This document shows, in pieces, positions 1-14,586 of a stretch of 64,000 nucleotides of DNA. Position 1 is the stretch's first letter; every line of letters starts with the position of its first letter. The stretch is from the human T2T-CHM13v2.0 reference genome, Homo sapiens. A program made the translations under genes and the position numbers. Location of the stretch: the NCBI RefSeq assembly GCF_009914755.1, contig NC_060947.1. The stretch is one strand, 5' to 3'. The notes beneath the pieces are model-generated. The model had not been told where the DNA came from. It ran no database searches and saw only the letters and a program-made list of their open reading frames with translations.

Positions 1-910
1 TTTTCTTACAATCATCAGTTATGAGTTAAAAACTCATAAGGTGAAGGATAATCTTTTGTTGGTCCCATGTGCTCTTTCTGTGTTGTTTCTTCTTTCCTGA
101 TGCTTAGGATTCCTTTTTAAAAATTATTTCCATTGTGTTTAAAGAACTTCCTTTAGCTAATATTTAAAGGTAGGTCTTATAGTGCCAAATTATTTTTGTT
201 TTCCTTTGTCTGAATATATCTTTATTTTTCTTTTGTTCCTGAAGTATAGCTTTGTCAATGGTAGAATTCACAGTAGATAGTTTTTTTTTTTCTTTCACCA
301 CTTGAAAAATATGTCTTTTGTCTCTTGCCTTCATGACTTCAGATGAGAAATCTGCTACTTTTTAAATTGCCCATTCCTGGTAGGTAATTCTTGGTTTCTC
401 TCTGGCTGCTTTCAAGATTTTGGTTTTCTTTATCTTCAGCTTTCAGAAGTTTAATTATGATGTATCTTGTCAGAGATTTCTTTGGGTTGTTTCCTGCTTG
501 GGCTCCTCATCATCTTGCATCTGTAAGTTTCTTTCTTTAGTCAAATTTGGGAGGTTTTCAGCCACTATTTTTGTAATACTCTTTTAGACTCATTATCTTT
601 TTCTTCTCTTTCTAGGACTCCAATGATAAAAATGTTGTACCTTTCATTATTGTTTCAAAGATATCTTTTGTTCTTTTCATTCTTTTTCAGTCTATTTTCT
701 CTCTGTTTTTAAGATTAGGTTCTTTCAATTTATATTTTCTCAAGTTCACTTCAATGCTTTGCCAAGTCCACCTCATCATTAAGCCAATTCAGCAAGCTTT
801 TACTTCTTTTATTGTTTTTGTTTAGCTCTTTAATTTCATTTTGTTCTGGAACATAAGTCTTTCATTTTATGTTTTCCTATATCTGTATTGAGATGTTCTA
901 TATTGCCATT
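1..910 (-). mobile_element. Ancient L1M LINE (ORF1-region relic, antisense), left part of an element split by later insertions
   Basis: T-rich decayed sequence with typical antisense L1M ORF1 phrases (gtttaattatgatgtatcttg, tcaaatttgggaggttttcagccactattt). Similar sequence resumes at ~3698-3832 and from 4618. Confidence 0.75.
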
Positions 911-1369
911 GTCTGGGGGAAGGAGTGGCTGTGGGTGCAGCTTCAGTTGACTTAAACGTTTCTGTCCGAAGAGAGCAGCAGATCTCTGAGCTCTGTTAAG
1001 TGCCAGACTGCCTCCTCAAGTGGGTCCCTGACCCCTGTGCCTCCTGGCTGAGAGATACCTCCCAGCAGGGGTCGACAGACACCTCATACCGGAGAGCTTT
1101 GGCTGGCATCTGGTGGGTGCCCCTCTGGGATGAAGCTTCCAGAGGAAGGGACAGGCAGCAATTTTTGCTGTGCTGCAGCCTCTGCTGCTGATACCCAGGC
1201 AAACAGGGTCTGGAGCGGACGTCCAGCAAACACCAGCAGACCTGCAGCAGAGGGGCCTGACTGTTAGAACAAAAAATAGCAAACAGAAAGGAATAGTATC
1301 AACATCAACAAAAAGGACATCCACACAAAAACTCCATCTGAAGGTCACCAACATTGAAGACCAAAGGTA

Positions 1370-2698
<1,329 letters not shown>

Positions 2699-2761
2699 AG
2701 ACCATGGGCACTATGAAGAAACTGCATCAACTAATGGGCAAAATAACTAGCTAGCATTATA

Positions 2762-3697
2762 ATGACAGGATCCAATTCACACATAACAATATTAACCTTA
2801 AATGTAAATGGGCTAAATGCCCCCAATTAAAAGACACAGACTGGAACATTGGATAAAGAGTCAAGACCCATTGGTATGCTGTATTCAGGAGACACATCTG
2901 ACATGTAAAGACACACATAGGCTCAAAATAATGAGATGGCAGAATATTTACCAAGCAAATGAAAAGTGAAAACAAAGCAGGGGTTGCAATCCTAGTTTCT
3001 GATAAAGCAGACTTTAAGCTAACAAAGATCAAAAAAGAAAAAGAAGGGCATTACATAGTGGTAAAGGGATCAATGCAACAAGAAAAGCTAACTATCCTAA
3101 ATATATAGGCACCCAATACAGGAGCACTCAGATTCATAAAACAAGTTCTTAGAGACCTATAAAGAGACTTAGACTCCCACACAATAATAGTGGGAGAATT
3201 AAACACCCCACCGTCAATATTAGACAAATCAATGAGACAGAAAATTAACAAGGATATTCAGGACTTGAACTCAGCTATGGACCAAGCGGACCTAACAGAC
3301 ATCTACAGAAGTCTCCACCCCAAATCAACAGAATGTACATTCATCTCAGCACCACATCACACTTATTCTAAAATTGACTACATAATTGGAAGTAAAACAC
3401 TCCTCAGCAAATGCAAAAGAATGGAAATCATAATAAACAGTCTTTCTGACCACAGTGTAATTAAATTAGAACACAGGATTAAGAAACTCACTCAAAACCT
3501 CACAACTACATGAAAACTGAACAACCTGCTCCTGAATGACTACTGGGTAAACAATGAAATTAAGGCAGAAATAAATAAGTTCTTTGACACCAATGAGAAC
3601 AAAGACACAACATACCAGAATCTCTGGGGCACAGGTAAAGTAGCATTTAGAGGGAAATTTATAGCACTAAATGCCCACAGGGAAACATGGAAAAGAT
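2762..3697 (+). pseudogene. Disrupted 5' part of L1 ORF2p (APE-like endonuclease domain)
   Basis: Starts MTGSNSHITILTLNVNGLNAPIKRHRL and later reads ...SAPHHTYSKIDYIIGSKTLLSKCKR...SLSDHSVIKLE. Contains stops, and the RT domain is absent. Confidence 0.9.
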
Positions 3698-3832
3698 GTT
3701 GAAGCATTCTTTAATGATGGGTACTTTATAATCCTTGTCAGATAATTTCAACAACTGAGTCATTTTTGTGTTAGCATTAGTTGGGTGTATTTTCTCATTT
3801 AAGTTGTGATTTTCTTGGTTGTGTTGTGTTAT

Positions 3833-4617
3833 TGAAATGGGAGGAGTTTTCCCTTATCCCCCTTGCAGGGCTTACAACGGGGGTGTGACTAGCTTCTTTG
3901 GTGCCTCTCTACTCAAACCCTTAGGGGGAGCATGCAGATGGACAGGTCGTGGGGATCATGGGCTCTGACTTCTCAGCAGTGTCTAGGGTTGAGTTTTTAC
4001 AGCTCTCGAAGCCCCAGTGTGCTCTTTCAGCTTAGCCAGCTGCATGTGGCTTGGGTTAATCAGTTCAATTAGACTCTCTGCTTTATTATAAGGACAGAGG
4101 GCTTTCTATATTCTGGGGTTCTTGCCCTAGTGTGCCAGAAAAGCTGGATCACACATGGGCTTGGAAAAGGAGTGCAAGGTTTTATTGAGTGGTGGAAGTA
4201 GCTCTCAGCAGATGGATGGGGAGCCAGAAGGGGGATGGAGTGAGAAGGTGGTTTTCCCCTGGAGTCAGGCTACTCAACATCTGGGCTCTCCTCCCACCGC
4301 CCTTGGCTGGATTTCCATTGACGACCACGTCGTTCTGCCGTCAATGGCCTTCTGGGGTCTTTCGGTGTGTTCTTCTACAGGTGTGTTCCTCTTGACGTCC
4401 AGGCACTTGCGTGTGTGCCTGCTAGGGTCTCGGGGTTTTTATAGGCACAGGTTGGTGGGTGTGGTGGCCCAGAGTGGTCTTGGAAAATGCAACATTTGGG
4501 CACAAAAATAGGAGTGCCTGTCCTCACTCAGGTCCATGTGCACAAGCTTGAGAGTGGAGCCTTCACCAGGGACCCTGCCCTTCTCTACCCAGCACATCCC
4601 TGCCTGCTCCCATATCA
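3833..4617 (-). mobile_element. ERV1 solo LTR, LTR1-like family (~785 bp)
   Basis: The minus strand starts TGATATGGGAGCAGGCAGGGATGTGCTGGGTAGAGAAGGG, contains TATAAAA and ends ...CCCATTTCA. A 4-bp TSD ttat lies at 3829-3832 and 4618-4621. Confidence 0.88.
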
Positions 4618-5400
4618 TTATTTCAGGTGATTTTTGTATCATATTGTAGGCATTTTTGACTATTATTTTAGGGTTCTCTTGGTCCTATTTAAATCTTTTG
4701 TTTTAGCAGACAGTCATCCTGTTTAAATTTAACACGCAGGTCCTGGCCTAATTTTGTGTATGTGGTATTAAGGACAGCTTAATTTTTAGAGTTTTTGCAG
4801 TGCTATTTTGGTTCTGCTGAGCCTTGATTTGGTCCCTGCTTTTGCTGCCCAATGTGACAGAATGTGTTTTCCAAGCAAAGTCATTTGGTGTCTCTCTTTG
4901 GAGGAAGAAAGTCTCAGAAACAGGAAGTTTCAGGAACAAAAAGGCTCTCCTGGCTGCTGGGCCCTTGTTTTGTAAGAAATTCCTGCCTGTGGATCTTGGA
5001 TAGTATTTTCCAGGCTGAGTGTTTGTTATGGCAGGGTCCCTCTCGTTAGTTCTTCCTGGCTGCCCTGGTAAAGGCTATGGCAAAACTAAACTTCCTGAAC
5101 TGGCTGTGCTTATGGCAGAGTGGGGGTGAAGGACTTGCCAGTTCCCACCCCTTATCCCATCCTCAGGAGGTTTTGATATGCAATCACGGATAATGACCCT
5201 TGGGGTATAATCCCTGAAGCCCTTCCATTCGTGATTCTATGAAAAATTTGTGAGGAGAATCCTAGTGGTTCTAAGGGGTTGAAAGATGGCTTTGAATGGA
5301 TCCCCTTCTTTCTCTGTTTCTCTGTGCTTAGAAGCAAACAGGAGAAATACACAGACTCACATATGATGAAAGCTGTCACTTTGTGATCTGTAGTGCAGAC
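4618..5400 (-). mobile_element. Continuation (5' region) of the ancient L1M element
   Basis: Antisense L1M-type sequence continues in register after the LTR TSD. The right boundary is uncertain. Confidence 0.5.
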
Positions 5401-6369
5401 TGCGAAGGAGCCTACACAGATCACAAGACATAATATTTATACTGCTTTAAGGACTGGTATGAGGTTAAATTGAAATCAAGGGATATGAAAATGCTCTGTA
5501 AATGATCACAGCTGAAGAAGTAGCAACTTGTAAAACAGGAATATTAAATTCTGCATCACAGGGTGGTGATGAGGATGGGGTTGAGTCATTGAAAATTAGT
5601 CGGTAGGAATTGAATCATGTAGACAGCATGACTAGGGTGTGGGCATATATCACACAATAGTGAGTGAGTCTAGTTATCTACCATACATGTACACCCTGAT
5701 TAGTAGTGTCCTCAGATTTGGGGATTTTTTAAAGTCTCTGGACATATTACCTTGGAATGCCGAATGGATACTTTATGGTCACAAGTGTGCCCACTGAATA
5801 TGGAATCAAAGCTAGGAAAATTAATACATTTATGAAAAGTTTCTGAAGAAGCTGAGGACATAATTAGAATAGTTTTAAAAATTAAATTATATCATATGAC
5901 ATTCTTGAGCCTGTGAATCCTTTCCCCATTCGGTGCACATATCAGAGTCTATGTTTCTTCTTTGTTTCTGTAGCAGATAATGTCCTCCTTGCACAGGCAC
6001 TCCCCATCTCAAATTCTATGCCCCTTTCTAATGGAGACATTCTCAGGTATATACACACTTTCAGTTATTTTACTGCCCTTTAAAGCAGTATATTTAAATA
6101 GCAGTACATGATGAAACTGTATGCACAATTTTTGTGAATCCACATTTTTCTAGGAAGTAGGACCATAGCTTTTGCCCAACTCCCAAAGGGGTTTGTGATT
6201 GAGAAGGTTTAAGAACTAATTTTTATTTTCCCAATAAGATCATATTTTTATTTTCAAATGTTAGCAGTATCTCACTCTCACACAGCTAATATATGTTGAC
6301 TCTAAATATAATGAAAGGGCTTTACTAGAAGATATCTAACTTAGGTCTGGAAACACTCTTTTCTGACCT

Positions 6370-6610
6370 CCCCACTATTCTCCCCTGTAATCGGTCACTT
6401 CCTCCTTCTTGACCTGCAGTTGATCACTTCCTCTTCCCTGAGCACACTTTTCTTTGGCTTACAGGACACCAGGTATTCTCGATCTTGCTCCTGCTTCCCT
6501 CGCCATTCACTCTGTTTCTCTTGCTGGTTCCTTCTAGTTGCCACAACCTCTGAATGGTAAAGTGCCCCAGGACTCAGTTATTACACCTTGTTCTATTTGT
6601 CTATGTTCCT
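6370..6610 (+). mobile_element. L2 LINE internal fragment
   Basis: Matches the recalled L2 RT region (cagttgatcacttcctcttcc, ttggcttacaggacacc, agtgccccaggactcag). Confidence 0.65.
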
Positions 6611-9571
6611 TTCATTGAACAACCACCAGTTTTAAGATGACAATCTTACTTCCTTCAACTCAGGGTTTTCAGAGAGTTTCTCACCAATGCCTAAGATCAC
6701 ACAGCTAGGACATGAAGCTTCTGAGGTTTAAATCCTAATGTCGTGGGGTTAAATTAAGTTCAGGAACCATTCTTGGGCAAAAGCCCAGGTCACTTTCACA
6801 AACACTGTTCCAGAATGAGGCATGGGCATCTTGCCAGTTCCTGGTTCAGCCTCACACCTCCTGATCTGGGGCTAGGCCTGGGCAGCCCTAGGTTTCCCAG
6901 AATGCTTATCAGACCTCTATCTTTCGCAAACTGAAATGCTTTCATCACTTTGAGTTATGGATCCCAGCATTTTCAATAGCATTTTTAAGTCTATTTCCCC
7001 TGCCCCCAGAATCATATAAAATATTTGTGTGCTTATTGGAATTTCAGATACCTTCCAAAAGTTTCTCTAGAATTAACCAATATCAGACGCTCCTATTTTA
7101 AGTTGTTTTCCTATGAGTCCAGCTCTTTTTCAGATTTGTAGAATGTCAGAGCCAGAAGGATCCTGAGCCAAAGAAACCATTACACAGGCAAAGGTGGGAA
7201 GAGACTTTTCAAGGGTTATGGAGTGAGTTAGTGGCAGACCAAATAAGAAACCAAAATCCTTAACTCTCAGTCAAATGCTTATACCCAGTTAAATGCTCCT
7301 TAATAAATGAGTGGTACAACCCCTTACCAACTTTTCCTGTATACCCAACCCCTCCCAATTCCCCAGGATTCTGTGACTATATCCCTTACCAACTTCCCCT
7401 CTATCCTGTGCCCTCTCCCAGGATTCTGTGACTTCTGCAAGATGTTAGTTTTAGGAGGGGTATGTGAAGGGCAAAAGGATAAATAATTAGTACACAAGAT
7501 ATATGTCAAGGTAGGAGCCACACTCAGGCCAGTGGGCTTTTTCAGGTTGCCAGACCCTTTCCTGCCTCCCTAGTGTCCCTGGGACAGCCTAACTTCATTG
7601 TGACCAGGCTTAGCTCAGTAGGGCATAAGGTTGGCAACTAAGAGTAGGGGGAATGCATTCTCTCTACCTATCTGTCTGTGAAAACCCTTGAGGGCCAACA
7701 AGTGAGCAAGGGACTGAATAAGACTTCATAACTATTGGCAAAGAAATCCCCATGTATTAAATATCTACTATGTGTCAGACCATGTGAGAGTTGTATTAAA
7801 CATATTTAGCTCATTTATGTCCACCTACACCCTAGAATTTTAGTACTGTTAGTATCTCAATTAGGAAATTGAGCTCCTAATTAATGACCTGACTTGCTGA
7901 AGGTTATACAGCCAGTGAATGTCAATGTTGGGACTAAAAGTCAAAGGACTGACTGCGAAGAGCATGCACTTTCCAATGATAAGAACAATCACTGATTAAA
8001 TTTTGTACTATGTGCCAGGCACTATGCTAAGCTTTTGGATGTAGTATTAAAATAATTACAATAAATCTACCCATTAGATATCATAGAAATCTATGCATTA
8101 GATATCTCCCCTATTTTACAGGGGAGAAAGTGAAGGCTCAGAAAGCAAATCATATAGCCATCAAGTAGTTGGGTCAGAATTTCAAGCCAAGTGTGTCTGA
8201 TTTTAAAGCCTATATCCTCTACCATGCTGCCTCTTTCAGAGATTTGGGAGAATGGTACAGAGAGGATGAATGAGGCTTTCAAAGGAGTGGGTCCTCTTAA
8301 TGGCTTTAGGAACAGCTTACAGACTTTACCTACTCAATCTAAGATATTATATTCCTAGGAGGCAATGACAAATTCATGGTATGAAATTAGGTGGTTGCGA
8401 TGTTTGAATCTCAGAGGACGGATTAGTCCTTCATGCCTACCCTACTTTCTAGAAATATTTGAGTACAATGAAATTGAGACAGACTGGTAAACTGAAGGGC
8501 CTCTCGCTGGGGTCAAACTAAGCTGGAATCTCTTTGGGGACTGAAGATCGTTTCCTCCCCTAGAGAGGTTTGCTCCATTGTGCTTCCAGGGGATGCTGCC
8601 CTGGAGTGAATTGTTATAAATAAGGACACATGTTACTGGTTTTCTACTACTTCTATTAAACTGGTTATTTTCCATCTGTAAAGCATTATCTATTGTCCCA
8701 GCTTGCATAGGAACAGTTCAAATCAGAATCATGTCAACTGTGGCCTATCTCTCTTGAACTTAACCTGTGGAAGAGAGAGCTGAGGCCTTGCTTCTAGCTA
8801 AGAAATTTCCATATTTCTGGTAAATCTACCGCTTTCAAATTCTGTAGTAACTTCTGGGTTTCAGTATAATTCTCTATAAAATTATGAATGATGAGTTCAT
8901 GATCTTGTTATTAGCTTGGGGGCTTTGAATTTGCACTTATGTGCCATGGTAACTTTGCCTAGTGCCCAGCTCCAAATCACACTTAGGAGGTGCTACATAA
9001 ATTAATAAAATCAACTTCATAAAGTAGTTCCATGTCTGTTGTCTAGTAGGTAAAGGGAGGCAAAGCAGAAGCTCAGGGCTTGACAAAATCCTCAAAGTCA
9101 GTTCATCCAATTCCTACCTTATTTCTTCTAATCATCTTACTCAATCAGTCTTTCAAGCTCTGCTTGCATACTTCTAGTTACGGGAGCTTATGAGTAGGCA
9201 GCTCACTTAAAAATGTTCTCTTTGTGCTGAGTGAACTCTGTTTCTTTGTGGTTTCTACCTATGGGTAGTAGCTGTATTCCCTGGATTCACACAGACCGTG
9301 TCTTCTCCTCCATCTACCCTGTTGCAAAGCCCAAGCTCCAGTTCATTCAATGACTCCACACAGAACCTGGGCTGTTGCCTCTTCTCTGTACCCACACTAG
9401 TTTTTCCATGTTATTTGAAGAATGAGGACAAATCTGAAAACCTACTGGGCAGTAAAGAATAGAGAAGAATGTCAACTTCTCTGTTCTGATAAATAATAGC
9501 TCTATTAATACTCTAGTGAAACTAGTTTATTTGTTTGCTTGTTTGTTTTGGAAGCCACTTACCCTCTTGAT

Positions 9572-9792
9572 CAGAGACTTCCAAACTATGGCCTATGCAC
9601 CAAATATAACCAATTGCCTGTTTTTGTAAATATGGTTATGTTGGAACACAGCCATGCTGATTTATTTACATATAGTCTGTGCCTGCCTTCATACTACAAG
9701 GGCAAAATTGAGTAGTTGCTACAGAGACTATATGCCTCACAAAATCTAAAATATTTACTATTTGGTGTCTTAGAAAAATTTGCAGATCCCTA
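9572..9792. mobile_element. MER58A-like hAT-Charlie DNA transposon relic
   Basis: Contains caaactatggcc, ttggaacacagccatgc and aaatatttactatttgg. Degenerate 8-bp TSD ctcttgat/ttcttaat. Confidence 0.85.
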
Positions 9793-10424
9793 TTCTTAAT
9801 TTATACTAGGATTATTGGTAAAAACTCTATTATTCATACCACAGTTGCTAGTAAAAAAAAGATGAAATTCCAAACTGAGACTCAGAGAGATGAAATGACT
9901 TGCTCAAATTCACACAGCATGAGTATGGCCAGAGATAGATTTTTTAACACATTTCTGTTTGGTTCACAGTCATTGTTCCTTCACCACGTGTTTTCCTCAG
10001 TGTTCACTGTAGCCACTTCAGGCTGGGACATGCTACGGTGCTGGGGCTCCATGGTTTCTTGCTGTTCTATTTGGGTTTGTACTATCAGCCAGTGCCTGCC
10101 CAGGTCAATTCCATCTGGTTCAGGTCAGCTCAGCTCAGCTGCCCCCTTGATTCTTTCCTCTTCACTTTGCCCATGGTTGCTAGAGTCTCAGTTTCCCTGC
10201 CCAGTGATCAGGATAGGGCCCTCTAGATAATAAACCATTCAGGAGCCTTTGTCTATAGTAGTAGGAAAACCAGGCTGGTTGAGCCTCAGAGAACACTAGG
10301 GCAAGAAGAAAGCCCCACCAAAACTGTGCCATGTTCCAGGAGAAGTAACTGGTTGGCTGACAAATAGGGTGATCTCTCAGTTACCATCCCTCATGTCCTT
10401 AAATCTGGCAATCTTTCTATGGCG

Positions 10425-10640
10425 ATATATATATATATATTCTCACTCTCTGTCACATACATATATTTATATGATATATATATATTTATATGAGAGATAT
10501 ATATCTCATATACATGAGATGAAATGTTTATATATTATATATATCTATATATCTCATATACACCTCATATATATCACAAAAATAAATGTCTATTCCTCAT
10601 ATATGAGAGGGAGAAAGAGAGAAAGAGAGAGAAGAAATAG
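10425..10640. repeat. Degenerate (TA)n / low-complexity tract followed by a GA-rich tract
   Basis: Directly visible TA dinucleotide runs interspersed with ctcat/atgag motifs. Confidence 0.9.
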
Positions 10641-11589
10641 ACATGATCAGGAAGAACAAACGTCCTTTGATTTATCCATTTCCTTATCAATTAACCCTGC
10701 TTTTCGTAGCTGAGGACTGATTTAGAACTTTAAAACTTTTACTGGCCTCCAGAAAGACTGGGCACAGCTGACTAGGCATTTCTGCCCATTCTCTGAGAGG
10801 ACCTGGCTGGGCTTTAAAAAGGGGGCCCAGCTCTAGCCAGTCCTACTTGAGGACACACAGGCAAGTGGAAGGGTCAGGATTAAAGCAGCAGTGTAGGCTG
10901 CTATGAGGCTGTCCCTGAGCCCTAAAACTCTCTCTTCAACCTCATGTTCATCTGCAACAGACCTCAACAGTGAAAGGCAAGGATGAGCAGAAAGACTAGG
11001 CACAGGGTATTATAGGTAAACACGTACCATCTGAACTATAGTCCAAAGAATAACAGAAATCGAGGGGCCCTTAAAGAACACCTTGTTCAACCATCTAATT
11101 TTACAAATTGGGAAACTCATGCTCAGAGAAGGGAAATGATCCACCTAAGGTCATATCAATTCACATGCATAGAGATATTATACTCTTCAAGCTGAACAAA
11201 CTTTTATATGTAATTTGTCTAAATTTTCATTTTACATATGGGGAAACTGATGCACAATCTCAAGTACAGAAAAAATGAATGATTCATTTATGTATCCTCA
11301 TACCTAATCCAGTACCTTGCATAAAGCAAGCATTAACCAAGTGTTTGTTGAAATAAAGAAGCATCAAATCATAACAAAGTATCTTTGGCACTGTCTTGTT
11401 TTCCTATTTCCCATTTTATATGTGAGTAAATCAAAGTCCTAAGAGGGAAATAGTGTGCCCTATATCCAGGAAAGATCAGAACTGAGACTAGAATTCAGTC
11501 ATCCTAAGGTTAAGTAATGTGTCCAAAGTCCCACAGTTAATATATGGCATTTCAAAATGAGTTCATATTTTTGCTGAAATTTTGCCCAC

Positions 11590-11806
11590 TTTCCTCCCTC
11601 CCTCCTATTCTCCCTCCCCTCTCCTACCCCCTCCCCTCCCCCTCCCTGCCTTGCCCTCCCCTCCCCTCCCCTTCCCTTCCTTTCCCTTCCCTTCCCCTTC
11701 CTTCCTTCCTTCCTTCCTTCCTTCCTTCCTTCCTTCCTTATCTTTCCTACCTTATTTCTTACCTTATTTCCTTTATTCTTCCTTCCTTTCTTTCTTCTTT
11801 CCTTCC
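11590..11806. repeat. Compound polypyrimidine microsatellite (CCCCT/CCCTT/TTCC)n
   Basis: About 215 bp composed almost entirely of C and T, with graded repeat units. Confidence 0.95.
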
Positions 11807-12629
11807 TCAAGCATTTTCTGAGCAACTGCCATACATGGGGGAATACAGTAATGCATAAGAGCCAGTTCCTGAAAGCAAGAGGCTTACATCCGTTGGAAAA
11901 TACAGATATGTAAACAGATATTTACAAAATGTACTCCTATAAAGGTTTGAAGGTAGGAGTGCCTAAATCAGAACTGAAGAGCAGTGGAAGATTTTTCAGG
12001 ATTGACATTTGAGCTGGCACTAGTGAGACCGTAGGAGTTTACTAGAAATGTAAGGTGGGAAAGGATATTTTAGGTAAAAAGCATAGCATGTGCAAAGCCA
12101 TGGCATGCTTGGAGAAGGCTGCATGGTAAAGTATTACTGTGACATAAGATACCATAGTCAAACGTGGAGGAAGCTTTTAAGGGATAGAAAAATTAGAAAG
12201 CCAAATTATTATGGACCTTTAATAACAGATTAACAAACATAAAATTTATCCTGAAGGTCAACAGAAGATCTTTTAAAATAGGGGATTGATGTAGTCAGTT
12301 TTGTGGTATACACCAATTGTTATGCAGGAGTATAGGCATCTCTTACCTCTGTCACCAGATACCCTTGACCCCACTTTATGTAATCTGCCATGGTGACAGA
12401 TCCTTAGGGTACCCTGAGCTTAGTAGGCATCGAGTCCAAGATTCTCACTCCACTTTTAAAGACTTCACTGGCCACCCAGAAACTTATCTCCTCTATGCTC
12501 TCCTCATCTGATTGTTTTTTCCACTCTTCTCAGACTCAAAGGCTTGGTGTAGTGAAACATGGTACACAGAATATGCACTGGAAAAAAATAGAAGACCCAG
12601 TTTCTAGTGCTATTTAACTCATTAGAAAA

Positions 12630-13250
12630 GTGGCCATGGAGGTTCAAAGGCAAAGAATAACCTTGCAGAGGGCAAAGTCAGGGGTGTTAAAAAATAGTGG
12701 ACAAAATAATTTCTTTCAAAGAAGAGAAACAGTGTCTAACCAAGGAAGTAACACCACTTCCAGAAGAGTTTTTGCAGTTCCTGCCCAAGATTCACCTATC
12801 ATTATGTATGGACCAATGACTGTCATACTTTCATATGCTTTCTTTTCACGAAAGAAAAATTTTATTGTGGTTATTCTGTTCTTATTTCCCTATTGTCTTT
12901 AGCAGATAGGTAAAGGACAGATAACTTATCATTTAGTTTATAGATGACTGAGTCATTGAGAGTCATATCTGGAATTGATGCAGATGACTACAAGTTATTA
13001 GAGATCCTGGACTTTGATATGGATGCAGTAACTGGATGGACCTTTGGGTTATCTTTCTTGGAGAGGAGGTAAATATGTTCCATGTGAGTGAAGAAGTGTA
13101 TAGGAGTGGGCTGAGAGAGAGGACTATGGCAGAATATACTGGTTGTCCAACAATCTTCATTTCCCCCTTCATCCTTTACAGAAAGAAACCCTAAATTTTA
13201 GATGGGCACATGGCCACACACTGAGAGACTACATTTCCTAGTTTGCCTGT
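12630..13250 (+). mobile_element. MaLR (MLT1) internal 3' end plus the start of the 3' LTR
   Basis: MLT1-int-like phrases (agagatcctggactttga, ggatgcagtaactggatg), a purine tract (gagagagaggac), then an LTR-like start tatggcaga...actacatttcc. Confidence 0.6.
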
Positions 13251-14069
13251 GAAACTATTATCTCTATTTTGTAGAAGAGAATAAATGGTTTAACAAAAGC
13301 AATTTAGGTATTAAGTGGCTGACGTGGGATTCAAGTGAATATTTACCTAATTGCTTCTCTTATTCTTACCAGTTTATATTCACAAGTGCGAGCTAATTTG
13401 AGGTACTTTGGGATGGGGTAGGTACAGTTAATCAAAGACTAAAGGTGACTTCTCATTTGTGATAATGTTAATATTCCTTCCAAGTCCAAATTGCTTACCT
13501 GCTTTCTTTCATTCCCAATGGTGATTCCAAGCTACACGCTCTGAGTCCCAGAATATAAGGGCCCTTAAATCTCATATAATTTTTTTCTGCTTAGATGAAA
13601 ACTCTGTGGCTGAGAGAGGAGGAGTGACTTGCCCAAGGTCATAAGGCAGTTTTGGTAGAGTTCTCAAGGCAGTTTTGGTAGTTCCAGGACCATAGTAAGG
13701 TCTGATTCCCTAGCTTGGTCCTCTTTCCTCTCCAGTTGAGTTGTCACTCTTAACAATCATTAGAACTGAAAGGGCCTTCAAACCATTGAGTTCAGCATTT
13801 TCAAAACTTTGTTACATAGACCTGGTAGGTGTCATACAAAACAAAAAATTTCTTTGCTCAGATAAGTTTTTGAAATTCTAGGTTAAACAAGCATCTAGCC
13901 AAGATTAAACAGGTTTTCTTCTAGATTCTGCTATGTTGTTTTAGGCAAGTGGCTTAAACTCTCTGTGCTCCCTCAATTCTAAAATGAGGTTACCTTGTTT
14001 AGTTGTTGGTAAGATTAAATGTGTTAATATTTGAAAATTTCTTATTAAATTCAAAATATATATATATCG

Positions 14070-14495
14070 GTATAATGGTTAAATAAATTGCAGTATTTTC
14101 ATACAAAGAAATACTACATGGCAATGAAGATGAACAAGTACTGCTATGCACAATAACATGGATGACTCTCACACACAAAATGTGACTGTGAATGTGAATG
14201 AGGCCAGACACAAACGAGTACAAACTATATAATTCCATTTGTAAAAAGTTATAAAACAGACAAAACTAAACTATAGCGAGAGAAGCTGAGATAGTGGTTA
14301 CCTCTGGAGAGGTATAGGAGTTATGACTGAAAGGGTGCTTGAAGAGAGCTTCCAGAATGCTGATAATGTTCTGTTTCTTGATATAGGTGCTGATGACATG
14401 AATGTGTTCACTTAGTGAGCATTTTTAAAGCTGTACTCTCATGGCTTGTGCACGCTTTGTATGTGTGTCATACTTTAATAAAAAGCTTATTTAAA
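14070..14495 (+). mobile_element. L1ME-type 3' end
   Basis: Contains aacatggatgactctcac, gatagtggttacctctgg and tgataatgttctgtttcttgat, ending atactttaataaaaag. Confidence 0.8.
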
Positions 14496-14586
14496 AATTA
14501 TACTTTCAGATTCTTTAATATATTAATATGCACTGGAATTATTTAATGGAGAAATATGGTGCCCCAAACATGACCACAGGGTCACT

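Noticed and set aside
891-897. agatgtt here and at 3694-3700 as a possible TSD of the L1PA segment
   Set aside because: The left copy is ~15 bp away from the junction and the right copy overlaps L1 sequence. A 7-mer match in AT-rich DNA is expected by chance.
11499-11858. Arg/Gly/Lys-rich and Pro/Ser/Leu-rich ORFs
   Set aside because: They are translations of a C/T microsatellite that lacks stop codons.
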